A DNA stretch of 64,000 nucleotides, from positions 15,440,001 through 15,504,000 of the forward strand of contig OZ076409.1 of NCBI GenBank assembly GCA_964187785.1, read 5' to 3'. A program made the position numbers and the translations under genes. The DNA comes from Amphiscolops sp. MND2022 (taxonomy: Eukaryota). Below, in pieces: positions 35,801-48,175 of this stretch; position 1 is the first letter of the stretch; each line of letters starts with the position of its first letter. The notes beneath the pieces were generated by a model, which was given only the letters and a program-made list of their open reading frames with translations, had not been told where the DNA came from and searched no databases.

Positions 35801-38800
35801 TTAAACACAAAAAGTGAACAATAATCTGAAGATCGAAATGACAAAAATTAATCATTTTTATACTATTTCATCCTGTATTCTTCAGTCAAAATATCATCTA
35901 GTTTTACAGAAACCAGTTCATCAATATCTTTTTCAGTCTCCGCTAAGATTTTGAACTACTCCTCAAACTCTTCTTTAGTTTCACACCCTCTACCTTTAAA
36001 TTCCATACCTGTACTTCTTTTTCTCGAATGAAAACTTTCAACAACTCTACTTTCTAATACTGAATTTATTACACCTGTTTTTGATATTACACTAACACAT
36101 TTTTCTCCCCCCATTCTCCTCCTCCTCATACGATTCCTCATTTTAGTGATTTGGATCCTATACCTTTAGGTATTAATATTAAACCTATCCCTCGTCAATC
36201 AATCCTATTACCATTCTCAACTTCCAGCCCTGACGCCTTTAGATATTCTCGTTCTTGAACCTTATTGAACAATCAGTGAAAATTTTTGTTTATGTGAAAT
36301 TGATTCTTTTACTTTTTCTTTTTTCTAACCCCGTCCTCCTCCATCTAACTCAGCCTCAAAACACACTACATTTTCTTAAGAGAATCTCATACACGACCCC
36401 TCTGACACTTCTTCAACTTCCTTCACGTCATAAATATAGTCTTAGGTCCAATCAAACTGTCTCACCCTCGCTAGTAAGTAGCAGTTCTACCTTATTAGGA
36501 AGACACGCACAAACTTCTGATACCCTCTCTTCAGACACCACTGTCGAATCCTCTGATGTAGACACGCCTTTCTTACAAGGCTCTCCCATATCATCTTTTA
36601 ATACTACAGGACTTTTTTTCTAGTTCTTCCTCTCGTAATTTTAGTGTACTTTCTTCTGATAGACACCTTCTAAGTATTTCTCTCAACACTGATCAATTTT
36701 ATTCTCCTCCTACGCCTAATTGAGTTTATTATCGCTAAATTATTGTCCATATTCTGACTACTCAACTTTGTAACGGTCCTTAAATTTTTTACTTGCGTCT
36801 CATAAACCAAATTCCAACAATATCATTTGAGACGAACGTCGTCTTGAAGAATTTCAAAGGTTAGAAATTTCAAATCCCAACTAAACATTGAACGAATTGT
36901 TCAGTTTCTTGAACTAAATCCACATCCATACTTTCTCACACCACTGTGCAGTTTATATATCATTACCTCATCATTTCATCACAACTAACATCAATTTTTT
37001 TGTTCGCGATCACCTCTTTTTCGCCACATCCACCAATCTATCATTTTTCTCAATAACCTCACATTTTTTGAAAGATACGGCCCAAATTTATTGCACTAAC
37101 TCCATGACCTTTTCCTCTATCCTGGCTCAAGTTCTCCAACTACATAACCTACCTCCTCTTCCTTTTTCTTTCTCTCACTCATTTCCGTTCACCCATCTCT
37201 CCTACTGTTCCTCATACAGATTTTGTTCAACCTAACGACCCAGCTATTTCTGACCTTCTTGTTTCGCAATATGATTGTTCATAGCAACATAACCTCGTCA
37301 GTTTAGTTTTACTCGTGTTCAAGTGTGTGCTCAAGCCCCTTCTCCTTTAGAACGCACCCCTGCATTCACCAGTGATTTGTACGCGCAAAAGCTAAACGTC
37401 ATAAAGCTTGAACTAGTGAAGCATGTGTCAAACCTGGAAAACGTGTCTGTGCTTCATTCGAATACAAACATCGTCGTCATGACCGTTCTGATTATCATCA
37501 AAAGACTATGGAACAACCAAGTACTTTCAGTTCTATCGAATGAAAAACTGCTACACGTCACCTAAAAGGTACTAACAACCCTCAACCTAATGCTTTTCAC
37601 TATAGTAGCTAGACTTTCATTGAAGATACTCAAAAACAACGTCTTCTTGAAACTGAACAACCTCCATCAGGCTTAATTAACTTCAACACTTTCCACTTTG
37701 ACGCTTTTCCTTGGATTACAAACTCCTAATTTGTCCTAAACTCTATTTTTACACACAATGAAATCACATTTGACGCTAAATAATAAATAAATGATTTTTA
37801 ATGCACATACTCTCCATTGTCCTCGTGATGATGGTTTCTATAACCCAATTTTTTCACCTCCTTTTACCATAATATGGTTCCCCGAAGATTTCCTTCTTAA
37901 ATTTTTATATCACTCTTCCATCTGACGCATATCTAAAACGAATAACAGTTATTGGCTTGAAACGAAACACGTTTTTTAAAACACTTTTTGATACTTTTAA
38001 TTCTCCTCCTGAAACACCTTATCATGATGCTGAATCTCAAAGTCGCCTTTCTTCTTTTGTAATCTTTTTTGAAAAAATCGTCTTGCAACAAATCTACACC
38101 TATATAAACCAACCCACACCCTGACACCCTGACCACTTCGTAACCTTACTGAATGTTTTAATGTGCATATTGGTCAACGACATCCTCTTCAGTTATCTGA
38201 AGGTGAACAATATGATGTATCTCCACTCAACTCATCTCTAGTAAATTTGTTTAAGATCAAATTGAACTTCTCTTTCCTGCTTTAAACACCTCCAAAATTT
38301 TGACTCTATTGACTATGAAGCCCCTATTAAAACTAATATTGACTATAGTAATAGTCTAATTTTTCAAACCATGACTGTCGCTGAACTTAACACCCTCCAC
38401 ACTATTTGTGAAGTTGAACGAACTCAACTCGTAACTGTTCTCCCATATCTGGTGAAAATCAACAAATACTTGGTTCTTTCCTGACTCAAAATCGTAGTAA
38501 CTCTTTATTTGTCAAACGCCGACTCCAATATTGCCCTCATATCCTTTCTCCTTTATATAATATTAAAAAAAGGAATAATAAATTCCTTCTCAACTAACTT
38601 GACACTGTGATTCATCTCGACCCTATAATTTGTCAATCTTTTAAATATGCAAACCAATTACCTCGTAAAAACCATTCTAAAACAAATGTCGCTCTTGACC
38701 CAGACGTTATTCATTCACACGTTTTAACTCCAAAACCCATTGGAAAGGACCAACTGTTTGAACCTACTCAAGTTTAAAGTGTCATTGGTCCAAACATTTT

Positions 38801-41800
38801 ACTGATCAAGATGAAGGTTTTTATCCACAAAAAGAACTTCACCATTTTTGGGACCGTGTTTTTTGGCCAAACTTTCAAGTAATACACTACAACTCCTCGG
38901 CAAAGATGTTAGTTAAAAACTTATGAGTAAATAACCTTCCAAACTTCTCTCTGGTCAACCAAACCAATCTCTTAGAATCGGTGTTCATGACTATACGCTC
39001 AATCTGGTTTCTTTTTTATCCCTGAAAGGTTTTCTGAGGCTTTAATTAAGTTCCTCGAATATCCGTGCTATGTTTTAACCCAATATGGGGACTTTCATTC
39101 CACTGCCCTCGTTCTTCAGTTATGCTTTGATCCCCTTCTTAGTCTATATCGTTCATTCATTGCTGACAGGGTTTTTGAAAAACAAATAACTTTCATTTCT
39201 GCCATCAGCTATGGTTTCTTTGGGGAACAGAAACAATGATAATAGCAATATTACAACCCTCCAATTCTGCTACACAACACTCACCTCATCTCTGGGAAAC
39301 TTATACAAGATCAAAATGAACTTCTCTTTCCCGCTTTAAATACCTGCAACAATTTTGCCTTTATCGACTATGAAGCTCTATTAATACCAAAAATTGACTT
39401 TTGTATTATTCATTCTTTAAAACCATGACTGTTGCTGAACTTAACACCCTCCACACCAATTTCGAAGTTGAGCGAACTCAACTTGTAACCGTTTTCGCCA
39501 TGTCTGGTAAACATCAACAACTACCTGGTTTCCTCCTAACTAAAAATCGTAGTACATTTTTTTTTACTGTCGAAGGCCGGCTCTATCATTGCCCTCATCA
39601 CCTTTTTTTTATATACTACTGCAAAAAGGTATGATAAATTTCTTCTAAACTAGCTTGACACTCTGATTTATGTCGACCTTATATTTTGTCAATCTTTTGA
39701 ATATGCAAACCAATAACTTCGTAAAAACAATTCTCAAAATGTTATCGCACTTGACATAGACACTGATCAAAATTACGTTTTAACTCCAATTTTTTAAAGG
39801 ACCATTTGCTTGAACCTACTCGAAATTAAAGTGCCTTTGGTCCAAACAATTTACTGCCCAAGATGCAGGTATTTATCCACAAAAAGAACATCCGAACCTT
39901 ACATATCCACTTCAATTTCAACCATTCTTTTCGAATCTTTATTTCCCGGACGACAACCTAGAATTTTAACCATGACTCCACCACAAAATCAGTCTAATCT
40001 TTAACAAAGGAAATTGAAACACTTCCCTTCTAACCATTCTTGTCAGAGTCTTTTTTCCAGACAGTGAAAAATTTTAACCAATACTTCACCACAAAATGGA
40101 GAAGAATGGTCGTCCAGCATTGCCACGTTCTCTCCACCACTTTCTCTTAAATCTGGCATCATATATCTTCCGACTCAGATTCTTGACCCTGCCGCCACCA
40201 ACTCTGAATCATGCTCGTGATAATACTATTACAACCTTGTTCCTCAACTCAAACTCCCAAAGTTTCTATTAAAACTTTCCACCTTTTTCTTCTTTTCTTC
40301 GAGTCTCAAAACGTCTCACGTTGTTACCCCTCCACCTACTAATCTTCAAGTCACTATTAAGAAATATACTACACCTCAAAAGAATGAAAAACTTGGATGA
40401 CTCTGTGTTTATATTCTTGTGTTCTCCTCCTACTTTGTACTCATGTGAATGTCCCTCTGAAACCAACGCTATGTCTGATGAAATTTTCCGCACTTGTTCC
40501 AATTTTAACGCCCATCTCCCATCTATATATATGACTAATACAACTTACAAATTCCGACTCAAGATCATAGTTTTGATCATTATGTAGCGTATGCCTCTAA
40601 AAATCTTGAACAACTCTTTTTTCGCAAACAAAAGGTATCTTTTTTTTCAATTCAACTTCAACTTCTTAAAACCCACACAACGTGACCTCAATACGAATCC
40701 CAATTTTATACTACGTCTCCATCTGTTGACGATCTTCACCACCAATTCTACCAACTGTTTCTCGAACTGAAACACCCTCAAAACAAAATTTTTCGAGACC
40801 AAAAAATTTTCCCACAAAACCTTTTTCTTAAATATCCAAATATCATTGAATCACCTTCATACTATTGGCACAATACGCAACTAGGACCTCTCAAAACAAC
40901 ACTATATATTCTCCCCTTATATAGACACCATTCGTCATCTGATTGTCAATAAAGAATCCCTAAATCTCATTGATGACTTTTTCTTTCCCACTCAACTCCG
41001 TACTAGTGTCCTAACTTCTTCCTAAAACTGAATAAACTTGTTGAATTTCCCCTTGATGATCACTCTCATCCTTTATACACTTCTCTTGTACATAAACGGT
41101 ATTTTTTTGCCCAGCTTAACTTCATAACTGGAAAACTCTTGTCTCATACCCTACTACGCCTTCACGTTGAAATGGCTCCTAATACTGATCCTTTCATACA
41201 TCTAACTCATATTTTCGATACGTATCGTTCTCTCCAAAGCCTCCTACAACTCCCTACTAACAATTTTCTCACCATTACAATGCCAAATCTACATGGTAAT
41301 GATTTATTCAACACACTTTTCTTCTAGAAAGCTCCGCTTTTTTTGACAAATCCTGCTGATAAATTTTTGCTCCTTTCACCCTTTCAATTCTCCTACCCGA
41401 AATACCCTTACAAAAAATTCGTTGTCAACAATTTCTGTTTTAAAAAACTATCACTTCAGGTAAAAATCCTGTTTGCTTCCCCGAAAGGTTTTTCTTTTTT
41501 CATTATCAAATTCTTCTTTAAAACTCAGTACGTTCTATGAATGTTCAAATACCTACTTCTGCTGCCTCCCGGAAAAACGCAAAATTCATCAGTTTTATTT
41601 TTCTACCTATTTAAAACTGACAGTTTTCAATTGACTTACTCAAAATTCTTGCAACCTTTCCAACTCTTGACATGTCTTACTTTCAATCGTTCTAACACAA
41701 TCTCCTCCTTAAGCACTCTATTCTACCTTATAATTATTGAATTCATTAGTTTTTTAAAACTTCTCCCAAACTTCAGAACAAGTATCATATTTCTTTCAGA

Positions 41801-43200
41801 ATCGTTTTCTCATCTAAAAACACTGAAAATATAAATACTTTCACTCCCTTCACTAAGCTTTTAAAACGAAGCACTTCCAGCTCTTTTTCTAACGTTGTTA
41901 ACATTGCTTCTTGATATAATTTGAAAAAAAAAACACAATAAACACTTCTAACATTTTAACAAATATAGTCCATCACAAATATTGTTGCTTCAATTCAGCA
42001 TTGTCTCAGGTTTTTATACAAAAATCTTCACGGATTCCACCATGCTTCATTTCTTCCCTCCTCCAAATTAATCACAACACCATACAACACTTTAAACAAC
42101 AATTTCACATTCAATTTTACTGATATTCAAAAAAGTTGTTTTTTAGCCACTCTTATTTTCCACAACTCTTCTTGTTTCCATCATGCCTTTCCGCCCATCA
42201 TTTTCCACAACTCATCAAGACGCCGAAACGGCCAATCCACTGATTGATCAGATGCTGGATTCCTCCAATACTTTTTCTACATCCACCACTACAATATCTA
42301 CTTCTAATTTGCCAGGTGTTTTTTCACTGTTTCCCCGGACCTCCACCCCACAATGTGCTCAAAACGGAATGTCACCCGCTGGCATTTCTTCATCTGCCTC
42401 TTCCATCCCTCTTCCTGTTTTGCCACCAGATGCCGTGGCCACCAACTCCTTTTTTCAACAAGGCCCTGCTAAGAACGAACTGACCCAACAACTGCAACAT
42501 CGTTACCCAATTTGTGATAAATGAACAGGAACTCTCCAACTACATTGACGCTCTCTTACAGTGCGAAACGTTTTTAGACACACTACTTTACAATCGACCT
42601 GACGATTTAAATAAAAGTGCATCAAACTTGAGCGAAACTGCCAATCACATTACTGTAACATCCTCACAATTATCGAAGTTTTAATGACCTCAATACACTT
42701 ATAAAAGTGCGTACTCTCAACCCCTCAATATACCAATACGTTCTCCCAAAAACATTACTCTAAAAACTCTCACTTTCCCAAATTTCAAAATATGCACTCT
42801 TATTCCAATTCGAATTGTTTCCACCTTCAAATGCTAACATTTCCTCAGTCTCCCCTTTCTCTGCGTTTCATCTTAATCATACAACGATTGAACCTAATAC
42901 AGCCCCTGAACCATCTCCTACTGCACTAAATAATCTTAACTCACTGCTCACATCATTGCAAGATGTTGTTTGACATTTTAAATAACTAAATTTGTCTGAC
43001 TTATATTATTTTCTTATTATTATTCCTATTTCCTTTCTTTGTTTGCTACCCTAGTGTTTTCATTTTATTTCGTTGTAATTATCTTACAAAATCATTGCGC
43101 TTTGTATGTCCATTCAATGCCATTAAAAACACGAGAAATGTAAACGTTCTTCAAAACAAACTTCATGCTGTTGAAATTAAGAAAAACTCTTTCAAATTTT
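32819..43200 (+). mobile_element. Heavily decayed Gypsy-like LTR retrotransposon remnant (RNase H, integrase, long 3' region possibly env-like)
   Basis: Disrupted frames with VDASLNGLG (~32933), FFTDH...VDDMVSR (~33125-33285), MDTKGP (~34225) and LVTDRGTERF...HTPRTPYSP...GEVHN (34400-34530). RNase H precedes integrase. Uniform G-poor + strand. Right boundary approximate; no LTR identified. Confidence 0.75.
38224..39890 (+). repeat. Old diverged internal duplication (~610 bp, offset ~1054) within the retroelement
   Basis: aaaccatgactgtYgctgaacttaacaccctccacac and flanks occur at ~38366 and ~39420. Confidence 0.8.
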
Positions 43201-43272
43201 ACTCCTCAGTGTCTTCTGTTCTACAACTGATATTCGTCTTTTTAAAAATCTCCTAGTGAAAATAAATGTGTA

Positions 43273-43612
43273 CTCATCTCGCACAATGATTTTCATTGAA
43301 GCTCTTAACTCTTAAACTTCTTATGTCAAAAGGTTCAAAAATTTTTTACCCAATTTACGTGACCAACAATATTCAACTTTATGAACTCATTTTGACTGTG
43401 ATTTGTTTTTGATCTGAACACGTCGCATCTTGCCATTGAAACATTTCAATTCTCACTTCATTTTAGTTTGCACTGAACCATAGTCAAAATGAGTTCATAA
43501 AGTTGAATATTGTTGGTCACGTGAGGCGGGTAAAACAAATTTTGAACTTTTTGTCATAAGAAGTTCAATAGTCAAATGCTTCAGTTGAGTGAAAATCATT
43601 GTTCGAGATGAG
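43273..43612. mobile_element. Foldback/MITE-like inverted repeat
   Basis: ~125-bp imperfect arms with a perfect 41-bp core, 43357-43397 vs 43482-43522. Confidence 0.75.
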
Positions 43613-44833
43613 AACGCCAAAGATGAACGGTTATATTGACAAGAAAACTAATCAGTCAAAAAGAAAAAAAACTTTTACAACTTCATGCTCAAATTTAGAG
43701 ATTATTCAAGTTCTTACACTTTCTTACATTGCCTCTAACATGAAATTATTTTATATTGAACTCCACGTTCATTAAATTGTCTCAAGATCGAAAATGTATT
43801 TTGCCCGAACCTAGCGTAAGGAACGAGTAATCTAAGATATAATCACAACTTAAGATATAGTCACAACTGCACGATATAAACAACTTGAGCTCTAGTTCTC
43901 ATACACTTCAACGACATCCCTACATATGTTTTAACCTCTGCTCAAATAAAATTCTATCCGAACTCTCAAATTTTTTAGTTCCAAACTCAAAACAAACACG
44001 ATAAAATCCAAGATATTGACAAAATATCCAACATGAAATCCTACATCTTGTCGAGATATCCAAGATGAAATCCAAGATATTACCAAGAGATCCAAGATAG
44101 ACTCCAGGAGTATATTTGTAGAACTTGTAGTTCTGCAAGCAACGCTTCCAGAAACTGAACATTGTCCTGATCCTGATGTATATTACTCTAAACCAATCAA
44201 ATAAACAATTTGACCGAAGACGCCACTAATTGCTGGCCATGATTTACAAATTGATAAAAAATATATATCAAATCGTTAGGACTACAATGTGTAAACATAT
44301 GTCAAGCTTAGACAAGAGAGTTTCTTTCGATTGGAGACCAATTTCTGTCGGGCCTCGAGCACACACCCCAGCCCCGTAATGCTCAGTCCGCTTCCTCCAC
44401 GAATATTGCTGGGGCCCTCGGTTGAAGAGATAGAATTTTAATTTTGAACGGACTTTTGGTTTCAGAGGCAGACTTGTGAATTTTCTTTTGATGTTGTTCC
44501 TCCCTCTGTAATACTAGTAATGTCGTTTCATTGTGACGTTATATTTATTTTGCATCAGAAAAGTTTGCGACAATTACTGAACTCCATGTGAGACGTCTGA
44601 AGTCTCCGAGAGAATTCAACAAAATTCAGGGTTGTTAATCCTTCTATTAGATTCCAGTGGAAACTCCGTAATTTGTGCTGATATTCTCTAATTCTGGAAC
44701 CACATCAGGTGATTAGGTTTGAACCATCGGTATATAACAGGGACAGTTTACAATTTCAGCCCAGAGTTGGGAGTTTCGGAACTTTTCGAACTTTTCAACC
44801 TGTTCGACATACAATCCGAAGGAGCTATTAGAA

Positions 44834-45415
44834 TTGATCGGGAATAACGTACCCATTGATATTCAAATTGCAACGCATGGAGCAAAATTCGCAATCAAAG
44901 CGAGCCAGCAGTACCAAGACGATCGCGTTTACTGCCTTTTTAATAACAGCAATTCACCCATCATCAAGAAATTAATTGCAGATAGCAGAAGGTTCGGCTC
45001 ACCCCTGTTTTACAGTCAGGAATCAATGAAGGAGTTAACTTACAGAAGATGGAACGACCGAATTAGAAACCTAAATCTGTCTGGAAACACTGGATTAAAA
45101 GCCAAAATTGAAGGAGTGTTACCCAAGCATTTGAGTAAAGCTCATACTAGACGAATGGTGCAACTATTGACAGAGCATAGCAACCTTGGTTATTTCCAGT
45201 TTTTGATAGGAAGATGTTTCTCACCAGTGTGCACATGTTTGAATGCAGAAGAAACAACTGCTCATTTCTTTTACCGATGCCCTTTTTATTCAAATCTACG
45301 ACGCCTTGAACCACCCAAGAAATTGGAGGAATTGTTACAGAGCTGTGGGTGGGAGAACTGGGAATCAACTTTATGTTTTGTGAAGCTTTCGCGACGCCTG
45401 GATAAAGCAAAATAG
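44834..45415 (+). pseudogene. C-terminal fragment of a non-LTR retrotransposon ORF2 (Cys/His finger)
   Basis: VQLLTEHSNLGYFQFLIGRCFSPVCTCLNAEETTAHFFYRCPFYSNLR matches the LTGH...SPxCxC...ETxxH...CP pattern of R1/I-group LINE C-termini. Confidence 0.7.
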
Positions 45416-45778
45416 ATCTGCACTTCATGAAGTGAAACGATGGAACTGATGACATTGGTGATGATGATGCGATTTGCAAGATCAACAAGAAAAAAAAACA
45501 GAAGTCCGCCTCGGAACGTAAAAAAAGTCCGTTCAAATTGAAATATGTCTTTTTCATCAAAGGGCCCCAGCATTCTGTGGAGGGAACGGACTGAGTTTCA
45601 CCGGGCTGGGGTGTGAGCTCGAGGCCCCAAGAGAACAGAGGAACAGAACGAAACTCGGGGTTTAAAAAAAACTTACAACAACTGCTTTTTAAGCGCTGAA
45701 TAAATTACTCTTTATTTATAAATCATGGCCAGCAAATAGTGGCATCTTCCTACAAATTTGATTATTTGTACGTTAGAG

Positions 45779-45779
<1 letters not shown>

Positions 45780-45810
<31 letters not shown>
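45780..45810. repeat. (AT)n microsatellite
   Basis: ~15 AT units inside the right TIR. Confidence 0.95.
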
Positions 45811-45812
<2 letters not shown>

Positions 45813-45900
45813 CAGGGACAGTGTCAAAATTTCGAATTGACGGAATTCGTCGAATTTTGGACACATGGAGCAAATCCAAATTTTAGGTGAACAGATTAAG

Positions 45901-46446
45901 GTGGGCACAAACTACGATCTAAGGAATAAGATCGAAACGCACTTCTGTAACTAAGATCTAAAGAACTAAGATCTAAATGTCATTTTTCGTAACTAAGATC
46001 TAGAGAATGCCAGCTCCCGAATCGTACCGAAAGTCTAAATTTCAGACGTTATTCCCGTTTTAATTTCCGTTATTCCCATTTTTTAGATGTTACGGTAAAG
46101 TATAAAATGCTTTAAAGTATAAAACGTGCCTCAGATATGTCCCAATTTCCTCTAGTGCCCTGCGGCCCCTTGGGGCCGCTTATGTTCCCATCTTGCTAAG
46201 CGAGGTCGAACAGGAGCAAAGACCTAGCGGGAACGGAGATCGCGAAGCGATCGTAGTGGGAGCTGGTCTTTGCGACGGTGAGGGCGAGCGTGCATACACC
46301 GTATATGACCCCACATTATTCCTTAGACGTTATTTTAATTCAATTTAGACCTTAGTTACGGTGCATGCTTTTTAGATCTTAGTTCTTTAGATCTTAGTTA
46401 CGAAATTTCTTTAGATCTTATTCCTTAGACCTTAGTTGCGGTCCCC
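45901..46446. mobile_element. Non-autonomous TIR element A (taagatcta subterminal repeats)
   Basis: Flanked by CAGATTAAG at 45892-45900 and 46447-46455; inverted taagatctaaag / ctttagatctta arrays. Confidence 0.65.
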
Positions 46447-46455
46447 CAGATTAAG

Positions 46456-46737
46456 GGGAGAGGGGAATAAGATCTAAAGAATAAGATCTAAAATAATAAG
46501 ATCTAAAATTATGACATGCTCAACTTCCAAAAGGGGAATAAGATCTAAAATTTTAGATCTTATTCCCTTCAGATGTTATTCTTTAGAGAAGGGGAATAAG
46601 ATCTAAAATGCATTGATTTTAGATCTTATTCCCTTTAGATCTTATTCCCGTCCTGAAATTTTAGATCTTATTCCGTCTAGATCTTATTCCCTTTTTTGAT
46701 TTTAGATCTTATTCTTTAGGTCTTATTCCCCCCTCTA
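46456..46737. mobile_element. MITE B (ggaataagatctaaa family)
   Basis: Termini gggagaggggaataa...ttattcccccctcta; CAGATTAAG on both sides. Confidence 0.7.
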
Positions 46738-46746
46738 CAGATTAAG

Positions 46747-47931
46747 GGGGAAACGGAAATCGGACTAAAGAAATAGAACTAATGGAATTAGGACTAACAT
46801 GCTCCAAATTTCTTAAACGTTCATGTGAAATAGAACTAATTTCGTATTCTCTCAAACAGGTATTAGAACTAATTTTTACGGGAGTTAGAACTAATTTGTT
46901 ACGGGAATTGGAACTAAAACTTTTGGGTAACCTGAATTAGAACTAACAAACTTCAAAGTTTCTAGGGAGTGATGTCATCAGATTTCGAAATAATCGAAGG
47001 TTTGAAGAAAAACTCAAAAACTTATGTCCATGATGACTACATATATACGAAAAACAACTCGGATGCATTGAAGACAAGGCTGCGGTGTCGTGATTGGAAA
47101 GTTGGATGTAAATTCGCGTCTACACCATCACCAGTGTCGCCTTTCAGTAAGATATCATCGACTATTTCAAAAAGACGTTGAATTGTTCTGCCAAAATTAC
47201 CCAAAACAATAAATGAATTTGACGGAGCCCTGAAAACAGACGAAAGGAATGTAAACGATAAAAGCTATCGAGGTTTCGGAACGGCAGGTCAAGAATTTGC
47301 TTTAATTTTCTTCCTAGACACTGAATTTGACGTTATCAAAAAATACAAAATGGGCATATAGACGGGCACATTCAAGGTTGTAGCTAAACCGTTCTTTCAG
47401 CTCGTTACTTTCCATGTTATAATGGATACTGTCATTCCATTTTTCTATGCATTGATGACCTCGAAAAATCGGGCACTCTATGATACCCTCTTTCTTCGTC
47501 TGCGAAATTCTTACCCCTGCCTAAAATTTCAAAAATGTACAACTGATTTCGACCCAGCCCTTTTCACGTCTGTAAAATTCAATTTTGAATGCCAGATGTA
47601 AGGATGTTTCTTTCACTACAAAAAAACTGTGTGAAGAAAATGGGTGAAATTGGATCTCACGAAATTGGGAAAATAATTCAGTGCAGTTGTTGAAACTACT
47701 AATGTGTCTGCCGTTCTTACCAGGCGATAGCATTGAGAATGTCATGATTTTGTCGATTTGATCTACGTAATTGCAAATTTTGTGTGCCAAAAATTGTTTT
47801 AGTCCTATTTCAATTAGTCCTATTTCCATTAGTTCTAAGGCGGCACTAAAAAAGAATTAGTCCTATTTCCATTAGTCCTATTTCAGTTTTAATCATTATT
47901 CCTATTTCATTAGTCCGAATTCCTGTCTCCC
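46747..47931 (+). mobile_element. Mutator-like (MULE) element, internally deleted
   Basis: TIRs ggggaaacggaaatcggactaa / ttagtccgaattcctgtctccc; 9-bp flanks CAGATTAAG and CAGAATAAG; transposase remnant inside. Confidence 0.8.
46969..47760 (+). pseudogene. MULE transposase remnant with FLYWCH-like N-terminus
   Basis: YVHDDYIYTKN...RLRCRDWKVGCK; frameshifted IDG/TFKVVAKPFFQLVTFH; IPFFYALMTSKNRALY; TDFDPAL; GCFFHY. Confidence 0.8.
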
Positions 47932-47940
47932 CAGAATAAG

Positions 47941-48166
47941 GGGAGGGGGGAATAAGATCTAAAATAATAATATCTAAACTTGGGGCATGCTCAACTTCGA
48001 AAAAGGGAATAAGATCTAAAATTTTAGATCTTATTCCCTTCAGATCTTTTTCTTTAGAGAAGGGGAATAAGATCTAAAATGCATTGGTTTTAGATCTTAT
48101 TCCCTTTAGATCTTATTCCCTTTTTTGATTTTAGATCTTATTCTTTAGATCTTATTCCCCCCTCTA
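47941..48166. mobile_element. MITE D (shorter sister of MITE B)
   Basis: Near-identical termini and internal sequence to 46456-46737; CAGAATAAG on both sides. Confidence 0.7.
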
Positions 48167-48175
48167 CAGAATAAG

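Larger units (their letters stand above)
44159..45825. mobile_element. Foldback element with long (~370 bp) imperfect TIRs
   Basis: atattactctaa...gccactaattgctggccatgattta and gggcctcgagcacacaccccagccc on the left are mirrored by taaatcatggccagcaaatagtggc...ttagagtaatat and gggctggggtgtgagctcgaggccc on the right. Confidence 0.75.
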
